A stretch of 64,000 bases of DNA from Psilocybe cubensis. Its lineage: Eukaryota. The translations under genes were made by a program, and so were the position numbers. Of the stretch, positions 15,074 to 31,498 are shown piece by piece; the first letter of the stretch is position 1; each line of letters opens with the position of its first letter. The notes under the pieces were generated by a model. That model did no database searches. It had not been told where the DNA came from and worked only from the letters and a program-made list of their open reading frames with translations. The stretch spans positions 2,542,001 through 2,606,000 of the forward strand of contig CM039001.1 in NCBI GenBank assembly GCA_017499595.2. The letters run 5' to 3'.

Positions 15074-15622
15074 GCCGGATGCGAAAGGATGGTATGTGAA
15101 GGAAGTCAAGCCGTTGTTGTCCAGTGTTGTCTACATGGACGAAAAAGAAAGGCCCCTGCAAGTGAACCCGGACCGACCGGATGGAGGCAATCTAACGCCT
15201 CGGCAATGATTTCAAATGCCGATCTATGCAGGTGATCTAATCCAAATATGCACTCTCAATTTGCTCTCAATCATGATCTCGAGACCAGCTATCAAGGCTC
15301 AAGCGCCAGATACGCTGATAGTCGGTGGTTGAGTAGATATAGAGTCACCCTTCTGCGAACATATAGCTCATTAAAATGCGCACGGCAGAGCCATTGAAAT
15401 TTAAGGCGGCACAGAGATGAAGCCAGCATGCTGCTCTTTCGGCAACCTGGCGACTTTGGACGGCGAGCGCTATTTGTATCTTGCGCGATCAATGTGTTCT
15501 ATTCTTGGAATATCCTCGGGACCCACTCTCCCAAATAACACACAGCCGTTTCTTCTCAATCTCACTCAGTCTTCATAATACCTCTCTGTGCCCGCCTTGA
15601 TCCAAATTTCGCTGACAGTATC

Positions 15623-16534
15623 ATGAGGCCTCTACGAGTGACTGTAGCCTTTTTCTTTGCACCCATACTAGCATTTGCCGGCCAAGCCACATCTGCAAGA
15701 GCAGCCTTATCAGAAAGCAGATACAGTAGAGCTCACTCCCTGGGAGACAATTATTCCTTTGATCCGCGGGACGGGTGGCAGAGCGTTAATGTCACCAATT
15801 TGGAATACAAGTATAGGCGCAATACCAGTAATGGTGATCGCAGCCATTCAATCTCTGACAAGAAATCGACCGCACATCCCAAGTCGGGTTTAGGCACGAC
15901 AATAAGTAATGTCGTCAAAGGCGTTTTCCAAGGATTAAAAGGTTTTGGAAAACCCGAACCCGTAACAATTACATGGTATTGGAAGTGGTTTGTGTGTCAT
16001 TCATAATGCTAATAGTGGATGCAGGTACACTGGCCACGATTTAGAGAATCCCAGTTGTTGGGCAAACGGGAAATGGGCACCAACTGTAAGCCTCTCTCTA
16101 TACATCACAAGTGCAATAACCGCTGATCGTCATTTAGGATGAATCGTTCGCATGTGCGTTGACCATGGAAGGATGGACAACTCGCCCAAAGTGTTTCAAA
16201 TTTTTAGAACGTGAGTCGAAAATTCAACCACTGTTTCAACTAGCAGTAATATCGTTTTTCTCAGTCTGCAAAACGTCCAAGAAGTGTGTTTTTGTGCGGG
16301 TGGTAGATACCTGCGCTGGATGTGCAGCTGGTTCCAAACACGTGGATTTAACAAAAGCTGCATTCGGGCAACTTGCCAATTTTGACGAAGGCATTTTGAC
16401 AGTGCAATTGAGGGCAGCTACTGAACCAGAAGGATGGTGAGTAGGTTAAATTGTCGAATTCAACCCTTCAACTCAGGGTCCGCTCTGTCAGGTATGAAAA
16501 ACTCTGGGGCCCCAAAGTGGACGACAAAGATTGA
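15623..16534 (+). CDS. Secreted RlpA-like double-psi beta-barrel (expansin/loosenin-like) protein
   Basis: Signal peptide, ITW-YTGHDLENPSCW and VRVVDTCAGC...HVDLTKAAF. Confidence 0.85.
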
Positions 16535-16669
16535 ATCTTACCATTCAAAAAATTTATCAATCACTAAGAGAAACTGCAAATAGTTAGAATTGAACTCGTG
16601 TTAAGGAAAAGATTTAGTTTTGTATTTACCTAGTACTGTATAAGCAGACCCCCTACTCGCCTATACTAC

Positions 16670-19600
16670 TTACGCCTTGAGATTGACTCTCTTGCGCTTT
16701 TTACCCTCGGCAATCATAGCTTTTACTTTTTCTTCGTCCATATTTTCTTCTTCATAGAATTGAGCGGTCCGTTCCGAGTCATTTTTGCGTCGAATAAAAT
16801 GTAATGCAGCTAGATTATAGCTGATTACGTCCTTCTGCTTTTGCAGAGCAAGGCGCAAATGTGTTCGAAGAGGGATTAATGTTGTTCTCATAATGCGGTT
16901 GGCAACAATTTGATGATGATGGGTTTTGAGGAGGAAGAAAATAATTCGTGATACCAACGTAATGTTCCAACCCTGAAAAAAGATGATTCAGTATTTTATT
17001 GAAAGTGGATCTGGAGAGATTTACTTTTTGTGCCCAGATGTTTAAGTACACCATAAGTGACACAACCTTGTCAAAAGGTAGAACAAGGAGAGCATCCTGC
17101 AATGCGGTGCTGGGAACCTTTTCGACAACTCTTAAAACGTATGCTTCAGGTTCCAGATCGTACGCCGCTAGCAATGGATTTCTAGCTGGAGGTTGCATAC
17201 GCATTGCGTCGTCTTCCGACAGTTTCGCCATGGCTTGTTCATATTCTCTGAACGTTTCACGCTCAGTATCTGCGAGTTCAATGGCTTCCATGATCTTTTC
17301 TCCTGCCATGAGGGTTTCAGTAGTTTGTTTCGATACCGCCGAGGCTTCGGCTTCCATAGAACCGTTGGCTGTGTCTCCCTCAACGCCGCTCCCAACCGGC
17401 CCATCCACACGATTCAGTGCATCAGCAATCCCGCTTTCGTAGAGCTTTTCGAGCTCTTTTTCCCGTTCTTCTTCAAGGAACAACTAATTGCATCGATTAG
17501 TATTATTCAGCATATTGCTCTATATGTAACCCACCGGTTCGTCAAGCTTTTCCCAAACTCGAATGGATTTATCGTGTGATCCAGTGACGACAAAATTACC
17601 GTGATGACTGAGGGTTAGTGCCCATATCTCACCATGGTGGCCTTCGAGCTTTTGGATTCCCTCGAACTAGATAAATGGCCCTTAGAGAAGGTATTCGGTC
17701 GCTTAGTGTGTTAGTGTGATCACCAACCTTGTCACCATCCCAATACTTGAGTAGTTTGTCCTTTCCAACGGTCCAAAAGTAGTGTGAATTTTTTTCAAAC
17801 GCAACTTGCATCACACTTTCCTCATGTGCAAAGATGGATTTGTGGCAGTCTCCGAAGTCCAGGCCCCAGATTTTCACATTCTTGTCTGCAGAACAGGTCA
17901 CAATCAACTTGGAATCATCTGATATGTCCATGGAAAGTACTGGCAACTGTAGACATTATATCAGGCTTGTTATAGAACCAGAATGATCTACGAACCTTGT
18001 GTCCGTATAAAGACAAAAAAAATTTCAAGCTGTCTTGATAGAACACCTTCACGGTTGAATCCAAAAGAGCAACAGCCAAGAACTTGCTGTTGGGACTATA
18101 ACGGACAGCTAGCACATCATCCGCCATTTTCAACGTGCGTATGTGTGTCAAAGAAAGAAGCTTTCCACTTTGTACCTGTGCACAAAAAGTAAGAACAGTA
18201 AGATCGAATCAAAGAAAGATACCGACGCTTTCTTCGGTAGCATCTTTCTGTTCTATTGACCAAAATTTGACATCCTTATCCGCGCTCCCAGTAACAAGAG
18301 CTTCACCGTCTGAGCGTACGTGCATGGACCAAACAGTTGCGGTATGAGCTTTTATGGTTTCAATGAGAGTCGACGATGCAATATCGTAGATGAGAATTTC
18401 TCCAGACTTAGTCCCAACAGCAATCTAAACGTCTGATTAGAACTGCAAACAAACGTGATTAACATGCAACCAACATGTCGGTCCCCAGGCAGGAATGTGC
18501 TACAGATAGCATATCCACACTCTATAGTGCGTATACACTGTGTCGTTTTCATGTTCCAAATTTTTACCGAACCTTGAAGAAAATGTTGAGATAAACAAAG
18601 GACAAGCTAGTGCCGAACACCAACCATTGGATCCCGAGGCCAGTATCTGATCGTCAGAGCTAAGGCACAGCGTTCTAACATCTGCTCTATGTCCCGGAAG
18701 ATCCACAACAAAGTTGCGGGTAGCTTCTGGAGGTTCGTCTTTTGATTTGGTTGGATGTGGTATATTGTAAACTTCCAAAGCATTTGAAGACAATGCAACA
18801 AGGATCTAAAAAAACATCCTAGCTAAGTACAGATTGATATTGTGATTGAGGTGGAACTTGCCTGGGCGACACCCTTGGACGATGACTGAATTGATCGAAA
18901 GTCAAATGACCGGATTTTGCCACTTGCCCGTACAACAAGGTGGGGGGTGATGAAATCCACTATGTTGCTCTCCATATCCACACCCTCATTGTTATCTTCC
19001 GCATTCATTTTAACACCATCGACCTTGGTCATTTCTTGACGCTTCTTCTCTTCCAAACGCCTCTTCCTTCGGGCCTGCTTTTTTCTAACTTCGCCTGCTG
19101 TTCGGATACGGAAGATTTCGACAGACCGATCATGGGATTGAACCGCAAAATATGGTTGAACAGGATGAAATTGAATTTGTGAAACCCTGTGCTTCGAAGC
19201 AAGAGGAAGACTTGACACAGGTTCTATCATCTTTGCGACCTAAGTTGCCAGCAGTTAGAGATATATATCACACAAAAGAAAATTAGCCAACCTCTCCAGT
19301 TTCGGTTTCTTTAAGGCCTTTTGCCAAAGCTTCGCGGTCAAATTTCCAGACTTTGAGTTCTCCCTCACCGCTACCAGTGAAAATGAGGTTTTGTTCTTGA
19401 TTGATTGCTAATGACCAAATTTCAGAGCGATGTGCAACAACAGTTTGAACGCAATGTTGAGTAGTCAAGTCCCAAAGTTTCATAAAAGTATCTTTCGAAG
19501 CAGTGACAAGGAGGGCAGGCGCTGTAGATGTAGATGTAGATGGTTGGTCCTCAGAGGTGGAAAGAAATTGAATGGCGGTGATCTGATCGCGATGACCACG

Positions 19601-20180
19601 AAGTCTATGATAATTTTTAGCCGCGTTAAACATTTAAGTCACTTTGTTTTCTTTGAAAAAACATACGCACCGGTATAAACCAGCCTCCCCAACGACGTCC
19701 CACAAAATGATGTCTGTATCTTGTGACCCAGAGGCGAGACGAGTTCCAGTTTTATCAAATGCAAGAGAAGTAACAGATTTTTTGTGGCCGTTGAACGTTG
19801 TTAATACAGAAGCAGTCGACGCACTCCACAATCTAATAGAACCATCAGCGTATCCGACCGCGAACGAATCTGGCTGAGGGGATTGGACTATGCAAGTGAC
19901 TTCCTCTCTATGTCCTGTTTCATGCCACATAGATAGCTATTTGAACTCAGCGACTTAGTGCCAACTAAAGACTGATGACTTGCCATCTGGCCCTTTTTTA
20001 CATCCCACACAAGGACATCTTCCAATGCAGGTACATATGCCAATTTGCCATCGAAAACTGAATTGGAAGACGAACTACAGACAACTCCAAACGCCTAAAA
20101 TGAAAATGAGTCGGTATTCCAGACACTGAAAATGCTGTATGCACCTGTGTGGGACCGTGCTTGAGATAACTCTGGACCAT
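16670..20180 (-). CDS. DIP2: SSU processome WD40 protein Dip2/Utp12
   Basis: [12 protein letters not shown] start, many WD40 repeats ([19 protein letters not shown]) and Utp12 C-terminal domain ([10 protein letters not shown]). Confidence 0.95.
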
Positions 20181-20331
20181 TAATTCGAGCAAGAGTGGCT
20201 GCAACGCTCTGGACGTCGGAAGAAATTAAAAGTTTTGAATATCATCTGTGCCCGAAATAGCACTGCACGTGATGCCTGATCTCGCTCGATCAACTTGTTC
20301 CCGTAGATCACTTTCGTACTCATCACTCTTC

Positions 20332-22142
20332 ATGACCATGATGTTGTACCCAGCCGGTCCAAAAGCCGCCACTCGCTTTCTTGATTTTGTGAACGCCTCT
20401 CCTACACCTTTTCATGCTGTTTATAACGCATCTATCCGATTAGAAAATGCTGGTTTCCAAAAGGTATAATAGACTCCGACACCTATCACTTTCATCAGAC
20501 ACTCACAAAATTGTGTGAAGATCAGAGAGAAAGATGAATGGGAAAAGACCATCCAACCAGGAGGGAAATATTACTTTACTAGGTTTTAACTCTCTATATC
20601 GACATAACGCATTGCTTACCAGCGTGCAGGAACCAGTCAGCACTGATCGCCTTTACATTGCCTCAAAAGTGGAAACAAGGGGCTGGACTTAGTATTGTTG
20701 CTACACACGTCGACAGCCCAAACTTGAAGGTATGGTATTACTACTGTGATGAAATATATATTATCCATAATCAACTATTTCCCAGATCCGTCCCATCTCA
20801 AAACGTACCAAATCACCATATCTTCAAGTAGGAGTCGAAACCTATGGGGGCGGAATTTGGCATTCGTGGCTTGACCGCGATCTATCTGTGGCCGGGAGAG
20901 TTGTTGTATCCGATAGTGACGGAAACTTCACTTCCAAGCTCGTTAAAGTTGATCGCCCAATTTTGCGTATTCCCACTCTTGCAATTCATCGTATGCGACG
21001 AACTTCCTACTGACTGGATTTCGTACTAACTAAATTATGCATTAACAGTGGACAGAAATGTCAATGATAACTTTAAATTTAACCAAGAGACTGAATTCGT
21101 CCCTATCCTCGGTTTAATAGAATCACAATTCAACTCGGCACCGGCCAAATCAGATCCAGCCTCTGGTCAAGAACAAAAACCTTCTGTCAAAGCAGCTTCT
21201 AGTATTCAAGAGAACCACCACCCTGCTCTTTTGTCCCTTCTTGGAAAAGAGTTGTCAGTTGCCCCGGAGAAAATTCACGATTTTGAACTGTGAGATTCAC
21301 CCTCTGTTGGTTTATCACTCTTTAACAAATAAAACTAGTTCTCTGTACGACACTCAGCTTGCAACCCTAGGGGGGATCAACAATGAATTCATATTCAGTC
21401 CTCGAATGGATAACCTTGTATCTTCGTAAGATACACGTACTCCTCGATGTTTTTAAGACTTGACCATTATTTCAGCTTCTGCGCTGTTGAAGCCTTGGCT
21501 GACAGTGCTAATTCACAGTACTTCCCTACACTGGAAGGAAATGTGAACTGTATAGCTCTTTTTAACCACGAGGAAATCGGAAGTGTCTCAACTTCTGGGG
21601 CGGAATCCAGCCTTATACCTTCTCTCCTTAACCGACTTTCGCCAACCCCTGGTTCTTTGGCACAATCTATTACACACTCATTCCTCATTTCAGCCGACAT
21701 GGGTCATGCCGTGCACCCTAACTATTATTCAAAGCATGAAGAAAACCATAAGCCAGTTATGAACGGAGGAATCGTCATCAAGACAAATGCGAAGCAAAGG
21801 TATGCCACTGACGCAATTTCGACCTTTATCGTCAAGCAACTTGTCGAACGAAAAGGCGGAAAAGTGCAAGAATTTGAAGTTCGCAATGACATGTGACTGT
21901 TTTTTTTCTTTCCTAAACGCATTTTCTCTAATTGCTCTTACATTCACAGACCCTGTGGTTCTACAGTTGGGCCAATGCTATCCAAGATTGGTATCCGCAC
22001 AGTCGATGTTGGAAATGCCATGCTGTCTATGCATTCTATCCGAGAGACAGCAGGATCCAATGACGTACAGAGTGCCATCGATTTGTTCTCCGCATTCTTT
22101 GAAGGGTTCAGCACCCTGGATGCCACTTTGACTATGGACTGA
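20332..22142 (+). CDS. APE4: Aspartyl aminopeptidase (peptidase M18)
   Basis: ASPTPFHAV, HVDSP, VETYGGGIWHSWLDRDL, HEEIGS, SADMGHAVHPNY, LSMHSIRE. Confidence 0.95.
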
Positions 22143-22241
22143 AGTGAGAATATCCAAATACCGGATTAGATATGAATACAACAAGTTACACAAATACTAT
22201 ACTTTTGACATGGGAAAAACCTTGAATGCTGCAAAAATATA

Positions 22242-23412
22242 TCACCGTCTCACTTTCTTTGTAGGTGGTTCTGAGAATCGAGAGTCTGAAAGAACACTGC
22301 GTTTCTTTGCAGTACGCGTATAGTGACTGAGTACCCATTCTCGCTCTGCCTCTGTTTGCTCAATAGTTCCTTGCCGAATTTCATACGCTGCTTGGATAAT
22401 CAGAAATATTTGAATGAAGACCAGCAACAGAACGCACGTCTCATGTCAAATCGAGGCCCGACTTCTGCTAATTGCACTTCACGTCCAGTTTTGACGAAAA
22501 CGTGATGCCTATATGTCGTTAACGAGCTGAATGTGATAGGACATAAGATTGCACACCGAAAAGAAACAAAATCGTCTTGGTTTGCAAAAGTCATGACTCG
22601 CTTGCTGTCTTCCTTGGGGACTGGGAAGAGAAACTTTAGAACATCGCGGATACGTTCGCCGAGGGTAGAACTAAAGTTTTCAAATATAAGATGCGGGTAT
22701 TGTTCAGAGACCGTCGTGTTTTTATATGTGCTGATATCATGTCGTAAAGCGACATTGTTGAGGGTGAAGTAGACAGTTGGGCCATGAGGGAAGTGCGATA
22801 CTATGAGGGCGTCTGGTATTCCACGATGCTCATGAACGACAATGAGGTCTGAGACGTCGTTGGCTCTGCAAGCATCTGCCAGCTCTTTCACAACATAGTT
22901 TCCTCGGTTGATTCGATGCGAATTGGGAAAAACAAGCCTCAGTTCCTAAAACTCATAATTGTTGAACTACGAGATAAACCATCAAACCTCAAGGCTCACC
23001 TTGGAAAACTGAAGAAGTTTTGAGCTGGGATCTCTTGAAGTTGTTATAACAATTTTGGGATCCTGCACACCAGCGCGAGAGTACTCGTTGTCGATGTGAG
23101 TTGTTGGTTCTGTACGAGACTGTGTTAAGAGTGCTAACAACAGAAGACGGGAAAGCGATGCACCAGCCTGAGCCTCGTCGAACATAAGATCTTTCCCCAG
23201 ACTCTTTGCACTCTTCTTCAGTTCCGTCGGCAAGGCCTTTCCACTGGCTAGACTTTCCTTCAGTTGCTGTTTTCGTTCATATGTTTGCCGTTCCTGGGCC
23301 TCCAGTGATTTTGCGTATACATATTGCCGACGTTCTCGGATTTGTCTTCTGAGCTGCAAAGTAATGCTTTAAAACGAAGCAAAAGCCTTTAAAGCACGTA
23401 AAAACATACCAT
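22242..23412 (-). CDS. IMP4: U3 snoRNP Brix-domain protein Imp4
   Basis: M-LRRQIRERRQYVY, ITTSRDPSSKL, HFPHGPT, LAEVGPRF; the first coding exon is the ATG alone. Confidence 0.95.
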
Positions 23413-24158
23413 GATAATAAGTTTCGGTGCAAGTGAAAGAATAATGTCTGTTAACAATTTGATCAAGGACTTTGGGACGTGACATAATTGTCACATCCAT
23501 TTACGGACCGGTAATGCCGGATTGCAAGGACGGAGTTCAAGCACAAAACTAAACGGCGGTGGAGGCCCTTGGAAAACCCCCCAGTTTTGTAATTTGTTTA
23601 TTATCGTGCAACAAGCAATAGAAGTGGTAAGGCGAATGTGTGAACATTAACCACTTCCCTGCGCTAATGTACCTAATTTGTACTAAATTTCGGGATTTGT
23701 ATGCCATCTAAGGGACCAGCTGTAGCCTGCAAGTACCAATATATGTTTGGGTATCGGTATTTTTGGTGTCGTAAGTATACCAAGGATAAAGAAATTCAAT
23801 GGAACAAGTCAAGATCTGGGTCCTCATCTTCAGAGTCGGGAACTGATTCCTTGTCAAAAGACGGAGGAGGTTCAGGGGAGGGAAGGCTCGGTGTCGCTAC
23901 GACTATGATACGCTCTGGAGGGTGCTAAGCAGGGGACGAACCACTTACCAGCGCTTACCGTTGCACAATAATTCCAATGCTGGTACCGACTCGTATGTGC
24001 AAATGTGCAACGCATTGGCTATATGTTTTGTATATTGAAATAGAATTTTTGATCCACCGAAACTGAATTAATAAGTTAAAGTAGTCAATCAAATGGACCA
24101 CAGATCCCATGGATTTTACGGGGGCCAAAGTTAAAAGTAGTACTCTGACAGAGACGAT

Positions 24159-27059
<2,901 letters not shown>

Positions 27060-27308
27060 TGGAAAATATGCTGATTAAGGCTAAGGTTTATTTTGTGGGT
27101 ATAAGTGGTCTTTATGAGTGTTGCGCAGTTGTAGTCGTGTTCAAAGAAGAGGTATGACTGTCGTGATCGTGTTCAATGTATAAGGGAGCGCAGTATTGAT
27201 CGCTTCTTGTCATGCTGACATAAGTTCTCAGAGCTTACTCCGTATCCATGATCTCGAGCGTTAACCAGCTCATCCAGAATCACCTCAATAACCAATTCTC
27301 CTAATTAA

Positions 27309-28796
27309 ATGTCCGTACTTAATGACGACTCCCTTCCAAGTACATTACCAGATGTCGACCAGCCGTCATGTCAGCTTTTGGGGCCTACTGCTTTGGTTCG
27401 ATCCGTTTCTTTGGTATGGTCAACCAACCTGTACTAACGTTGAAGGTTTAGATTGTGCAAGCCTTGATGGGTCTTCTTGTAATACTTTCACTCGTTTATA
27501 AGAGGCATAGAGAGACACCAAAGCGTCCCTGGAGAATCTGGCGAGTGATTCAGCTTCTAACATTATGCGCCAACATGCCACTCATTCCTTACACAGGTTA
27601 TTTGATGTCTCGAAGCAGATATTGGGCCAAGCGTTCGTGCATGGTGCCAATCTTCTCGTTTCCGACCTTGTCTCAAGTCATACATCCTCAAATGCCTGTG
27701 TATCATATTTTCTCAATATCTTAATTGACACCACCTTTGGTGAGTATAGAGGGTCGTTTTTCCAGCTACATTTTCATAAGTATCGAACTAGGCGTCGCTC
27801 TTATCTACGTGACTCTTCACGCCCTTACCAATCTATTTACGGAGAAGCTCCATATGAAGGGGTTTGAGTCGGGTGTTTATGGGACCCCTCCTTCATTCGA
27901 ATATTGGGCTCGTCAAGCAGCCATCTACGTTCTCGCTTTGACTACCATGAAAGTAGTTGTCATCACTATTTTAATATTTTTTCCAGGCATTTATGTGGCT
28001 GGAGAATGGCTGTTAAGCTGGACATGGAGTGACGATGGAGACAGTCTACAAGTTGTGTTGTAAGGGTCATCACGTCTGTAAACATTCAAATATCTAACAT
28101 GGTTTCCTTAGTGTCATGGGAATTTTTCCCATTTTGATGAATGTGCTTCAGTTCTGGCTTATCGATTCTATCGTCAAGGCCTCTGCCGCGGGTTCGGTAG
28201 CATTGGATGTGGAGCAAGGCAATTATCAGGACCGCGAACCTTTGTTTAATGCAGCGGACGATGACGACGAACATTCAGAAAGATTTAATGCAGATGCTAC
28301 AAGAACTTCCCGCCATTCCCTTTCCTCTCTCGAATCTGGAGGCTCGCGCGAGAACGTTTCGTTTGGCACAGAAACTACTACCACTACACTGCCAGATGAA
28401 CGCAAATCAGCTGGAAGCTCTTCTCGGCACACTGTAGACGTTCACGAATATCCGCCGAGTCTCTCAAGTAGTTTTTCATCCAATGCATCTGCACCTACTA
28501 GCAGCAAAGTTCCGAGAGAAGCAAAGAATCTTCAGAAGAAGTCGAAACGACGCCAACCGTTGTCGCCCCTGCCGCTGCATTCCACCAAAAACGTCTTACA
28601 TTCATCCAGTCATACCAAATCTACTATACCCGCTACCCCAAGCCCTCCGGTTGAACCTTCAGTGAACATTCAGGATCGTGGTGAATGGCCGGATGTTTGG
28701 GACGAATCAAACGAGTGGGATCAACCAAACGATCACAAGCAAATTAGTTTGACCCATGAGTGGAGTAATTCACAAGCTAAACGGACGAATCCCTGA
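27309..28796 (+). CDS. STIMATE/YPL162C-like multi-pass membrane protein
   Basis: CQLLGPTAL-IVQALMG, KRHRETPKRPWRIW-LFDVSKQ, YFLNILIDTT, MNVLQFWLIDSIVK. Confidence 0.88.
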
Positions 28797-29177
28797 TCTT
28801 TGTACTTGATTTATCTGTTCTTTCTTTTCTTTGCAGGTTTTCATTGTTTTCTTCGCATCCTAAGTATCAAATGCCCCTTCACGACTCCTTTTTTATTAGC
28901 AAGCAAACTAATATACACATGCCGTCAGCTTAAATAAGTAGTTTCTTCAGTAGGGATAGGTTTAATTGTTTTGTTCAGTCAATAAGCGGAGATATTGTTT
29001 GGTAAAAACCAATTCATCGTACGAAGACTGAGGATCAACCTGGATCAACATCGCCATTTACTGTCATTTGATCGGGTGCGGACTGAGAAGAATAAATTAC
29101 CCGCGCAGAATACTTTGCACACGTGGTGATGTCACTGGGTAAATTTCACAACTTATCAACGTTCACACTTTACTTCC

Positions 29178-31367
29178 ATGTCGGAAACTCATCCGCCACC
29201 AGGACTAGAGCCAGCGACCGGTATCAATGGTGCATTACCCGTAGCGACTAACGGCACCTTTTCATTGCAAAATATTCTTAGTGAAAACCATGACGAGATT
29301 GAACACCCTGGGACAGAATGCACCGAATCAGGCACCGGCTGGGACGAAGAAGACGCAGAAAAGCCCCTCGTAGATGGCTTTTGTGTTGAATGTGAAGGTA
29401 TTATTTTTCAACCATCAGGGATATTTAGAAGCTAATGATCACTTTTAAATGTTAAGATCAGCCTGCAGAGGTGTTATGCGAGACTTGCACCGATATCTAC
29501 TGCGAAGTTTGCTACGCTGCACAGCATCGAAAAGGATCAAGAAAACAACATGTTGTGAAGCCTCTGTCTATCAAAAAGGCGAAGATGAAAGGTTCAACTA
29601 AGGAGTCTGAGCCTTCAGAAAAGGCAGGATAACCAGTGTGTGGTCTTTGTTGTGTATCTAACCGGTCTCTACCAGATGAAAGTAGATGGTATAGAAAATG
29701 CGGATTCAGACGACGAAGAATGGGAACGTGTCTCTAGTACGATCATTGAAGTCCAGGGTGCTCAGCCAGCTGTCGGCGCCCACGTCGGTGAATGGTTTGT
29801 GGAGCGAGCCAAGTTCATTCCATTGCGATTAACGCTTCCCGAGCGCAAATATCTCCGGCTTTTGGAGGCAGCTCTGACGGTGTCTGAATACACGGACAAA
29901 ATTGATACTCTAGGGTTCGGACTTTCAAAGGCCAAAAGGATTGTCTTCCAAATCCGCGAGCTTTGTGCTATCATGTCAGGCTTGATGATCTCAGCCGATT
30001 ATAAGCGAGGTCAAGAGCTATTCACCGACCGCGATTTCCAAGCAAATGCCGAATTTTATCAGACTGTTTTTGAGCTCGGGCGTCGCCACAAAATCATGAA
30101 TCCAGACAAGATGCGGACGACATATGGAAAGCTGATTTATATGCTCCAGGTAGTTTTATCACATTGCCCTTCTTGTTGTATGTGCTCATCATTCGCAAAT
30201 TGTGTTTAGGATAGTCAAATGCCGGAGGTCAAGGATCTGTTGAACTTTTCTTGTGTAATGCCAATCAAAACTGTTTATGTTGTCTTGGAAGAGCATGATG
30301 CTACGGACCTCCTTCGGGATGACCTTATCACAGTTGCGACAAAAGAAATCTATTCTGAAGGTCGCCCTCGACGCGACATTCAGAAAGATATCAAGAACAA
30401 GGAGCGTGCTATTGAAACTCTTTCAAGTCGCTATGCGCGCAATGGTCTTACACAGGAGAAGGTCAAGCAATGTCTTTACTCAATTGGAGACAATCATGCG
30501 TTCTTGCGTGCCAATCGCGATCCTTGTGAAAGAATGATAAACTATCTAAAAGAGTATTTCCATCCTACTCAAGCTAAGGAGCCACATACAAGCCTTGCAA
30601 TTCGAAGTGGGAAGGGGGGTGCTCGCTTGTCCCATGATCACAGCAAGCAATACGCATATGTTCTACAAAGCTTGACCCTATGGCGCGAGATTTTGCATGG
30701 CAAGTTCAAGTAATAACCTATATGTCAATATATATCGCTCACTTTTTTCCATATCAGACATGTTCCATCTGTGGTCGTTGGCTGAGCAGGACTTATTGTC
30801 TGAAAATGTCCCCTATCGTTTGCGAGATACAGGGCAAGGGCTTAATCGCGTCCAGGCCGCTCCAAAAACGTCTCGAATGATGCATACAATACTGCATAAA
30901 GCCCAAAAAAGCGTTGGAACATGGATTGGATCAAGTGTCATTCATATGGGAGACCACAATGTTCCGAACGCTCTACTCTTCATTGACAAATATACCCAGA
31001 TTTATCGTATCCTTTTACCAATATGCAACACCCTTTCACAGATCCCGACATTGTCGACAAAACCTGCTATACACTCGTATATCGATGCTGAGTTCGGATC
31101 TGTTGATAATTGCATCCGTGAAATATTAGGCGACTTCTTCAGACACGGATTTGATGGATCTGGCGCCGATAATTTCTTTGACGCAGGAAGCTGTATAGAC
31201 GGTCGTTTGACAAGTGCCTGGAATTGGTGCTCTTCTCTAGAAAAGAAACGATACTTTCCAATATTTTTACTTTCGGGTAAGCCGTAGTCTCTGTGCTGGA
31301 TATCATGTTATTAGCTTGTACTTACTGTCGTCTTCAAGGTTTCATTGGTTTCGACGGGGAATGGTAG
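29178..31367 (+). CDS. UPF0652/DUF2009 family protein with N-terminal B-box-like zinc finger
   Basis: CVECE-DQPAEVLCETCTDIYCEVCYAAQH, IPLRLT, RRHKIMNPDKMR, GARLSHDH, GSCIDGRLTSAWNW. Confidence 0.88.
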
Positions 31368-31498
31368 ATTAGATTGGAGTGGTGCCACACATGTTGTGCT
31401 TGATTTTAAAAGTAGTATGATAGATCCCGCACAAGATACGTTGGGACAATGGAACAGTGACATAGAAAAACAGGTTACACTGGTAATACACGACCAAA

